Assembly: GCA_032718475.1 (NCBI GenBank)
Contig: JAUCBJ010001036.1
Span: forward strand, 1,952-65,951
Reading direction: 5' to 3'
Source: Nemertoderma westbladi
Taxonomy: Eukaryota > Animalia > Xenacoelomorpha
Length of the DNA stretch: 64,000 nucleotides
This document shows, in pieces, positions 55,579 to 64,000 of the stretch. Under the pieces are notes generated by a model. That model was not told the DNA's origin. It made no database searches and was given only the letters and a program-made list of their open reading frames with translations. A program made the position numbers and the translations under genes. The first letter of the stretch is position 1; each line of letters begins with the position of its first letter.

Positions 55579-55859
55579 TTAGTTAGTTTATCTTTATTCA
55601 TATAAAATTCAAATGTATAAAATACAAATGAGGCAGTTAATATTGAGATATTTACTGATAGCTAAATGAGCCAATGCCAATGCCAAAAATGCCAATGCTA
55701 CTAAGTAGCACCTGTAACACAATGAATACCATACAAATATATATACATATAAATTATAAAATATCTCTACTCGTAATAAATTTACTCCAACCAAAACATA
55801 ACAAATAGTATTGGAACTAGGTGTTACTACCATCCTACTTCTTATTTAGTTCACGTTTA

Positions 55860-58212
55860 AAATTTGTTAGAAAATAGCACCATCATCTGGCAAACCGCAG
55901 GATTGCATTATCATATTTGACGAGGTTCACATAAAGGCCAGTATACAGTAACGCGGCGGACATTTGATAGGACATGCAGTAGATGGACCATTCGAAACAA
56001 TCTAACAATCAAAACCAGCTAGAAAGGTTCTGAGTATCATGGTTAAGCCCTTATTGAGATTGAGTAGATGTGCATTCATGGTGAAGTTGATCCCAGTCTA
56101 CTCATTGCAGAATGACTTTCTCATAGAACAGCTTTCGAAGGTAATTAACCTTGTAAATTCTTGCAATGGAAATGTGATTAGCCTATTAGCTGACAACTTA
56201 TCTACAAACCGAACTGCCTTTAAATAGTACAACGCAAACTATGGTAATCCGAACTTTCCTTACCTTGGTTCAGTGTCTCCAGATGTTGGTCAATCTAAAT
56301 TCTTCCACATGCTCTATGACCCGACTCATCTCCTTAAGTCAATTCGCAATAACTGGGTCACTGAAAATATCCAAAGATTGACAATAAGGGTTCCTGGCAC
56401 ATCGCGTTATATTCGCGGTGACTGGAAGGACATTAAAGAGCTATACAAGGTTGATTCCATGAATATAGTGCGAATGACTACTCTAACCCAGGCAGCCATA
56501 AACCCATCTTCTTTTGAGAAGCAGAAGGTTTCTCTAACACTCCAGGTTTTCAATGAGAAAACTGTGGCCGCTTTAGCCTTGAGAGGAAACAAAGAGACAG
56601 CCGAGTTTGTTGATATAGTGCTGCGTTTCTGGAAGATTGTCAATGTCAAGTCCACTAGCATAGGATATAGGTTGAATGATCCTCACCGTTATCCAATAAA
56701 GCCGCCGACTGATTCCCGTTTGACATATCTGAGAGATTTGGCTGGTAATATTAAAGATATGAAAGGGGGGAAGGGAGTGAAACGTGTAGAGAGTTTGACC
56801 ACAGAAACTCGAACCTCAATGATATCTACACTCGAAGGATTATGTGACATTACAGAGAAACTGCTTAGATTCAATGGATATAATTATGTCTTGCTTGGCT
56901 TACTACATTCTGATCCGATCGAAGGAGAGTTTGGAGTATACAGGCAAATGAGTGGCGAAAATTATAACATCTCTCTGGAACAGGTCATGTATTCAGAGAG
57001 ATTACGACGAATGAAGATTTACCACAGCTTTGACATCGAACCTATTAGTCACGAAAAGAACCACTGCTGCACGAGCGAATTAACTAATAATGAACTGGAA
57101 GATATTGACTACGTCCTTGAAAATGAAGAATACAGCATTAGTGACACAGAGAAAAGCGCTTTGATGTACAGTATACATGCGGCTATGTGACCTTCAAGGA
57201 ACAACTGCCCATTGATGTCTCAGAACTTAAAGATTGTTCACAACTTCCAAAGTGTGACTTCACGGACATGGTATCTAGAGGAAAGCTTTCAATTCCACGT
57301 GTAGACATATTGCATCTAGCCTGTGCTTCTCTGTCACTTACCAAACGGCGCTATATTGGATGTACAACCAGGATGAGGCGATTTGTCGATATCATATATG
57401 ACAATACCGTGGTCGATAGTGCTATTGATGGTAGGAAGGCAGGTAATATCCACAGACTCTGCAATATACGGATGAAGGGATTCTCCAAGTTCTACAGCAA
57501 TAAAGCGGCTAATGACAGAGATGTAGAGACTAATAATAGGAAGAAGATAAAACTGAATAGCCAATAGGGCTGCAATAACATAAATTAGACAGAGACTCTG
57601 TTGAATAATAGCTTACTGTAAGCTAAATGACGTGTTATCGAAAATGAACACTTATTTTGAATAAAAATTAAGTAAAGTTTTTCACCCGTTAGGCCGCGAT
57701 TACATTACGCACAAAGTTCTTTGACTTATTCTCAGTAAATAAACAGTAAATTTCCAGTAAACAATAATAAGTCTAACAGGTCTAACTGTACTCTGGGATA
57801 AACGTATCCCAGAGTCTGCTCTGGGATGCCTCCGTACAGATTATATATATTTCGAAATATTGTGGCTCGTATATTTTATTAGGAGTTCGGTTTCCGTAGT
57901 AGATACAGTCAGTTATTTCACACAACTTATTTCAAAGGTTATTTCGAATATCTTTCAACAGTTAGTTATTTTATACTAATAAATTATCGCCAGCAAATTG
58001 TCGTAAAATATTTACATTAAGTACAATACTACATTAGGTTGTTAGCAATACAAATTAAAAACATTAAAAACGTTCGCATTAAAAACAATGAAAGGAAATT
58101 GAGAAGTTTACTTCTGTAAATTAAATTAATTAGGCATACACTGAATAGAAAAAACCGGCCTCTAATAAAATTAACACTGTATGCGAGCATCGCGTCCTGA
58201 ATATATACTATG
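55860..58212 (+). mobile_element. P-superfamily (THAP9-like) transposase pseudogene with a probable right terminus
   Basis: IFDEVHIK, YDPTHLLKSIRNN, FEKQKV and SDPIEGEFGVYRQMSG motifs, with several stops and frameshifts. The end ...ATATATACTATG (CATAG-type) is at 58212. The N-terminus and left TIR were not found. Confidence 0.8.
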
Positions 58213-58268
58213 TTCTAGAAGTCCTTGGTGTGTGTTTATCTGGTTTTTGGTGTAGTTAGTTTGATTAA

Positions 58269-58324
58269 CATGTGTCCTGCACGGGTTAGTGTAGCTGATG
58301 AGCCAAATCCCGGCGAAACACATG
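58269..58324 (+). ncRNA. Type III hammerhead ribozyme
   Basis: Stem III CATGTGT/ACACATG (7 bp), cleavage triplet GUC (after 58276), stem I CTGCAC/GTGTAG with loop GGGTTA, core CTGATGA, stem II GCC/GGC with loop AAATCCC, core GAAA. Confidence 0.85.
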
Positions 58325-58612
58325 CAAAAATGTAACCAATGTGATAATTTTACTTACAGTATTTAAACAGGGTTGCGCTTTGTGTTTAAATAAAATGATG
58401 ACTACTTACGGTTGAACAGAGAGGAACATGTTGTTTCTCTGTTTCCAATTAATTTTACTTGCTTGATATTGTTGGTCTGTCAAAAACATAATTCGTTCAA
58501 CTCAAAATTATATTTAAGAGACCGGATCATGCTGAACATGGTTGTATAAAATACCTTCCTATTATTTTATTTTTATTATATATATAACTATATACAGTAT
58601 TTAGGGCTGTAT

Positions 58613-59913
58613 CAGGGCCTTCATAAAATAACAGGCCTGGACACAGAGCTGCCCTCAAAAAAATAAGAGGCCAAGTAGGAAGTTTTCAAGAATAAAATCA
58701 TAAAGGATTTACACAAATTGCCAATGGAGTTATGTTCTAGAACAAAAATAATTTAATATTTTATTAAATACTTGTTGTGTGTTGTGAAATTTTGAAATTA
58801 TGGTTAGACACTGCAGTGTCAATAACTGTGAAAGTGGGAGTCAGCGGAGTGCATTGAGAACTGTTTTTGCTCCACCAAAAAACGTCGAAAAGAGAAAGTT
58901 GTGGCAAGAGGCACTACGCGAAAATTGTGTAGTGACATTAACTGATAGTATGGGAGTTTGTGAGAACCATTTCATTCCAAGTCATGTGATTGGAACAGGG
59001 CAAAGAAAGCGCCTTCATAGAGATGCAACACCGTTTTCGTGCCGGGGTAATGTGGGAGCAAGCTCAAATTAATTTGCATCAACTGAAGAGAAGAGAAGAC
59101 TTGTAAATGAGGGTGAAAGACTAGATGCGGAGATCAGAGAGTTTTTGTCAAGTGACATAATAGTGTCCACATCTCAATTCGATGAGGGCGAACTATCTGA
59201 ACCAAACAAGCTATTCTATAACTTAATCCAGATAGCTGACGACAAAAAACTCAAAAAGTTGAAAAGTGTTGGATGATGGAACTATTTACGTCAACATTTT
59301 ACAAACATGATCGAAATACTAATTCTTTTTGTATAATTTATCTATGAAACGCAATCTTTAATTTCAGTTCAGAAAATAAAGTAAATGTTTAATTAATCAT
59401 TCACGTAATATCAATAAATTATTATCAGATATTAATGGTATCATCAATAAAAAGTTAGCTTACTTTATAACGAAATGGCTTTATATATAGATAGATATAG
59501 ATATATAGATAGATATAGATATAGATGTATAGGCTACTGTATATAGCTTACAGATAACGAAAAAGAGCCCTTACTTACCCGTTGCTAGGGCGAAAGTCAT
59601 ACCCGATATACTGTAGTGGGGTGGGTGTTGGTCACATAGCCCCAAACTTGTTAGTTCATACACGATATAGTACTGATTTCTGTTGATCCAATGGCCACAA
59701 AGTTGTTTGTTTACCCATTGCTAAGGAGAAAGTCACTGTTGCTATGGTAACTGTGACTTAAAAATGTGTCCATTAAATTCCCCATACACGATATAGTACT
59801 GATATGTGTTGGTCCCATGATCATAGAGTGAAATGAAGTAACACTTCCTACTTGGCCTCTTATTTTTTTGAGGGCAGCTCTGTGTCCAGGCCTGTTATTT
59901 TATGAAGGCCCTG
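58613..59913 (+). mobile_element. Non-autonomous P-superfamily element retaining a THAP domain
   Basis: TIRs of about 70 bp (CAGGGCCTTCATAAAATAACAGG...), with no mismatch seen, 7-bp TSD GCTGTAT, and an internal THAP ORF. Confidence 0.9.
58800..59072 (+). CDS. THAP (C2CH) zinc-finger DNA-binding domain ORF, transposon-derived
   Basis: M..C-SVNN-C...F..P.....RKLW...VCENHF...RKRL..DATP matches the THAP consensus. It has an ATG start and is 90 aa long. Confidence 0.8.
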   Translation: MVRHCSVNNCESGSQRSALRTVFAPPKNVEKRKLWQEALRENCVVTLTDSMGVCENHFIPSHVIGTGQRKRLHRDATPFSCRGNVGASSN

Positions 59914-60108
59914 GCTGTATTCATATTTTATTTTGCAAAATAATAAAATAAAGGTTAGAAGAATAATTGTGCTCATTTAATCGAGTTAACTGATACAATA
60001 TGTAAGTGAAACTCCTATTTACTTGTGTAGCATCAAACCAGAAATCGCATTAGTAACTGCGCTCGAGATGTGGCTGACATGTCTGTGGCCCAGGCCCGAG
60101 TCCCAGAC

Positions 60109-61032
60109 CATGGCCTACTATATTTATACGGCCTAACAGTTCACTTGAACTGGCCTCTTAAAAAGAGGCCAGTTTTTTTTAACAATATTTTGAGATTTTG
60201 ATATGGGAAGAGTTCTATAAATTTTCATTTGCAGCAATTTGGTCAATGGACGTAATTGAAGTCTCCTCGTTAATTAAGCAAGATACTAAATTGTATGGTA
60301 GCTAGTGTTTTACATAGGTTTAGCTAGTAATTTCAACACTGGTTCCGACATCCTACTTCATTCTATAAATATTTTTTATTAGCTAGTTTTTATTACTATT
60401 TGTATAGAAAATGTTCCAGAACATGTTAGCTCTTCATTTTAAAAAAAATATGTTCTAGAACAAATATTTTTTGTTCTAGAACATTTTTTTTTTTTTAATC
60501 TGGATTATGTTTAAAACGCATGGAATCGTTCTAAAACGTGTTGAAAATTGTGAAAAAAAATATTGTTGAAAAATCTTTTCGAAAAAAAAAATTTTGAAAA
60601 TTGTTTTTTATTAATTTTAAACACGTTTTAGAACTATTCCATGCGTTTTAAATAGAATCCAGATGTTTTTCAAAAAAATGTTCTAGAACAAATATTTTTT
60701 GTTAAACTTTTAAATTAATTTTAAATTTTTTTTTTAAAAATGAATAGCTAACATGTTCTGGAACATTTTTTTAAGTAGGATGTCGGAACCAGTGCAGTGT
60801 GGAAATTACTAGCTAAACCTACCTAAAACATTAGCTACCATAAAATTTAGAATTTAAAATTTAAAATTTAATGAGGAGACTTCAATTACGACCGTTGACC
60901 AAATTGCTGCAAATGAAAATTTATAGAACTCTTCCCATATCAAAATCTCAAAATATTGTTAAAAAAAACTGACCTCTTTTTAAGAGGCCAGTTCAAGTGA
61001 CCTGTTAGACCGTATAAATATAGTAGGCCATG
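60109..61032. mobile_element. Foldback element, P-superfamily/Galileo-like
   Basis: Almost the whole 924 bp is an imperfect palindrome, with termini CATGGCCTAC...GTAGGCCATG and a 7-bp TSD CCCAGAC. Confidence 0.88.
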
Positions 61033-61149
61033 CCCAGACGCAGGTCTGTGATCCGGTCGTTGTTGGTTTGCTTTTGCTTTGATTGTAATAGCTATGGGAA
61101 TTGTTCAATTAATGAAGTTGACATCTTTCATGGACATGATCTTAAGTTG

Positions 61150-62150
61150 TGCATTAGTTGTACGCTTTTAAGGTCCCCAAGCTGTATTAGTGCCTTAAGA
61201 TTCCTTACCATGCCTCTTTACTGAAGTTGGTGAGGGATCTCCACAAATCGAAGAATGTACACAACGTTATGGAATGCACAATGGAATGGCGTTATACTGG
61301 TTTGGGTACCTGATGTTCCTTGCCCAATCCACGTTTCGTCCTACCGCGAATTGGGCAACCTGAAATCTTCCTTAGCTTAACATTCTCTATACCATTCTTT
61401 AACATACTCTTAATTTGATGGTTTTTAGCGTTTTGACTCGTTGATACTGATAAGATTAACTCGCTTTGTTTGCAGTAATAGTTATAAGCAGGCAGTTGTT
61501 GAGGTGTTCTTCAGCGGTATGCAGCACTGCTAAGCGTAATTTTCGTGGTGATGTCTCGGAGGTGCACAACGCACATCTCTGGAGTCTCTTCGGGGAGACA
61601 TTTTCAGTTGGAGATCTATCTTGGCAGTGGACATGGATGTTGTTCCGCCATCGCCGCATCGATGTGCTCGCCGACTCGTATAGGATTATGGTGATATCTT
61701 AGTTCTCCTCAGGTGTCAAGGCCTTTGGTGATGGCATTTGTTGACTGTGTAAAGGCCACCATTAGGGCGGCCCCTGATTGGCACTGTGTAACGTGAAGGA
61801 GAACGGTTGAGAGTTCAGCGTCTGGTGGGTCAGCGGGGTCCGCCACATAAAGGGCACACAGCCCAGAGGGGATATGGAACGCCTCCCACTTATCGCACTT
61901 CAATCCCAAGTGAGGCATTCGGATTCTATGTCGAACGTAGGCAGACTGCCTTGTAGGATAAAGCTGTGGGGATCTCGCCTGGCATTAGTGCAGGAGTAGG
62001 TAGGGGATGTGGAATGTATTTGGAAGGCGTCAGTTTGGTCGTACCTATCACTGCTCGATGACAAATGGTGACCATTGAAGGGTCTGCATATATTCCAATA
62101 CAGCAATATCCACATACAGGCAGACAGCACTGGAAGCCAGGCTATATAAT
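61150..62150 (-). mobile_element. Possible degenerate Penelope-like retroelement (RT C-terminus + GIY-YIG)
   Basis: Minus-strand traces GSLPTFDI (compare LPFLD) and GRTKRGLGKEHQ (compare GxTxRxLxxRxxEH). It is heavily decayed. Confidence 0.4.
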
Positions 62151-62396
62151 TACCTTTACAGTTGAACGTTCCCGCGCAAAATGTTATAAAAATGTAGTTC
62201 TATACGGAACTGTTACCGCTGTGAACCCTTCATAACACTTCTACACAGTGTCGTCGTTTTTAAGGCTATTTCAAATATCTACCGAATGTCTTACATAAGG
62301 ATCTATAATTCATATTTTTGATTTTTCTATCGTTTTCTGCTAGATACTAGTGTTTTCTTTTAATGAAAATATTACATGTAATATAATTTATTTCAG

Positions 62397-63146
62397 TTCT
62401 ATGGCAAACAGTAACTGGATTACTTAAATGGGTGAGTGCTGGCCAAGCTGGAGTTTGGGGTGTAAACGCAAATGATGCAATTTTCTACCGAGAAGGGACA
62501 TACGGATCATGCAGTATTGGTACGAGATGGATTGGTATCTCTGGGGGACTCAACAATATTGCTGTTGGAAATGATATTGTTTGGGGAGTAAATGTACACA
62601 CTCAAATTTACTGGCGAGCTGTCAGTCAGCAAAATCCGACTGGCAATACCTGGATTGGAATTGGCGGAGGACTCACCAGGATAACAGTCGACTCATCCAG
62701 CAACGGAGTCTGGGGTACAATCAGTAACAATGTCTACCAGAGATTAGGTATATCGGCCTCAACACCTGGCGGTACATCATGGTTTCAAATCATTGGTGCA
62801 AGCATGGCAGACATCAGCTTCGGAGCATCAGGCCTTTGGGGGATTCATTCACAAGGTCTACATTACATGCAAGGCACCTTTGGTTCCAATAACATTGTTG
62901 GAAGCTTTACAGGATGGACAGCTGAAGATTGGCTAACGATTAGTTCAGGAGCAGATGGTGTTTTATGGGCTACAAAGATAAACCATGAAATATACACAGC
63001 CACGGTGAAAGAAGGGAATATAAATCCAGTTTGGGAACGTATAGAAGGTGGACTGAAGCAAGTGAGCGTCAGTGATTGGAATGGTGTGGTTTGGGGAGTG
63101 GACTATAATGATAGAGTGTGGACTAAAGAAGGGGTTTGCGCACCAG
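62397..63146 (+). CDS. Host gene exon E: six tectonin/tachylectin-1-like repeats (beta-propeller lectin)
   Basis: Acceptor tatttcag and donor CAG|gtgagc; 750 nt, phase 1-1. Six repeats of W..I.G.L..I.VG...VWGV, in frame with exon D. Confidence 0.92.
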
Positions 63147-64000
63147 GTGAGCTGTTTAGTGCAAATTTATCGATTTTTTGTAGTATAATATAAATTATTA
63201 GAGCGCTATTTAATATACGTTCGTAGGGCCTACGCGCAGCACGAGGCTCAGTTATGAGATACAGATTAATATTGAGCGATTCTACTGTATCACAAACTCG
63301 GTATTCAAGAAATTTAACCAAATACCAGTAAATCAAACAGAGGGGAATAACTCTTAATCAGCACCATCCCAACCCAAAGGCGCGCACAGGATTGATGAAA
63401 GGCAGAAGTATTAAAATATAATTTGTGTTTTAAAAGTATATAAGTATAAGTTATATTTATTTTTAATATAACACAAAATATAACTGGAAGCGATTTACAA
63501 ATATACAAATAGCACAAATTTCTAGCAAAAATAATTAAAGATCGCATATTATCGCGTGGAGGCGACCCAATTTGTAAGAAATATAAAACTTACCTTATGC
63601 CGACTAATTAGATAGTATTGATATTAATTTATCATGTCATCACCTCAGCGAAATTATTTAGCTATTTATAGAGAATTAATTATAATTATAAAAATTATAT
63701 TTAATTAATTAAATTATAAAAAAAATTAATTATAAAGAATCATGATTTAGTACTCGGCCAATCATTTTGTAAGCTAAACACAATAACCAAGCTGGCGTTT
63801 TAGTCTGTCTCATTAAATGCTGCCCTTTTGTATGAGGTGTGGTTGGACTGGATCCCCTTCCAAGCTAGGCTAGGCAGCTTGCTATTGCAAGCATGCGAAG
63901 GAATGAGGGAGCTATAGTTGGAGAAGGGGCATTTCAATAAGTTAATTACGTTTAGATCAATTAAAATCACATTTCTTAAAGGAAATCTCTTGAACTAATT

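Noticed and set aside
56273-59072. A single transposase gene with the THAP domain downstream of the catalytic domain
   Set aside because: The THAP ORF lies inside its own TIR/TSD-bounded element, so these are separate insertions.

Overview
This is AT-rich animal genomic DNA, probably from an invertebrate, and most of it is transposable elements and tandem repeats. One host gene runs across the window on the + strand. I reconstructed five GT-AG exons by hand (8669-8826, 20364-20514, 24699-24820, 52600-52797, 62397-63146). Their phases match and they splice into one open frame of about 459 codons: beta-gamma-crystallin Greek-key motifs, a fibronectin type II domain, then a six-repeat tectonin/tachylectin-like beta-propeller. 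The gene is open at both ends. Its introns (4-28 kb) and upstream flank hold RTE, CR1/L2-type and CRE-type LINEs, a BEL/Pao LTR element, Gypsy and Penelope remnants, tRNA-derived SINEs, and piggyBac-, Tc1/mariner-, Harbinger-, hAT- and P-type DNA elements. There is also about 6.5 kb of a 21-bp minisatellite. The most notable observations are the host protein's domain architecture, a complete type III hammerhead ribozyme in sense orientation in an intron (58269-58324), and a P-superfamily cluster (broken transposase, THAP-only element, foldback element). All family assignments come from motif recognition, not database searches, and some element boundaries are approximate.
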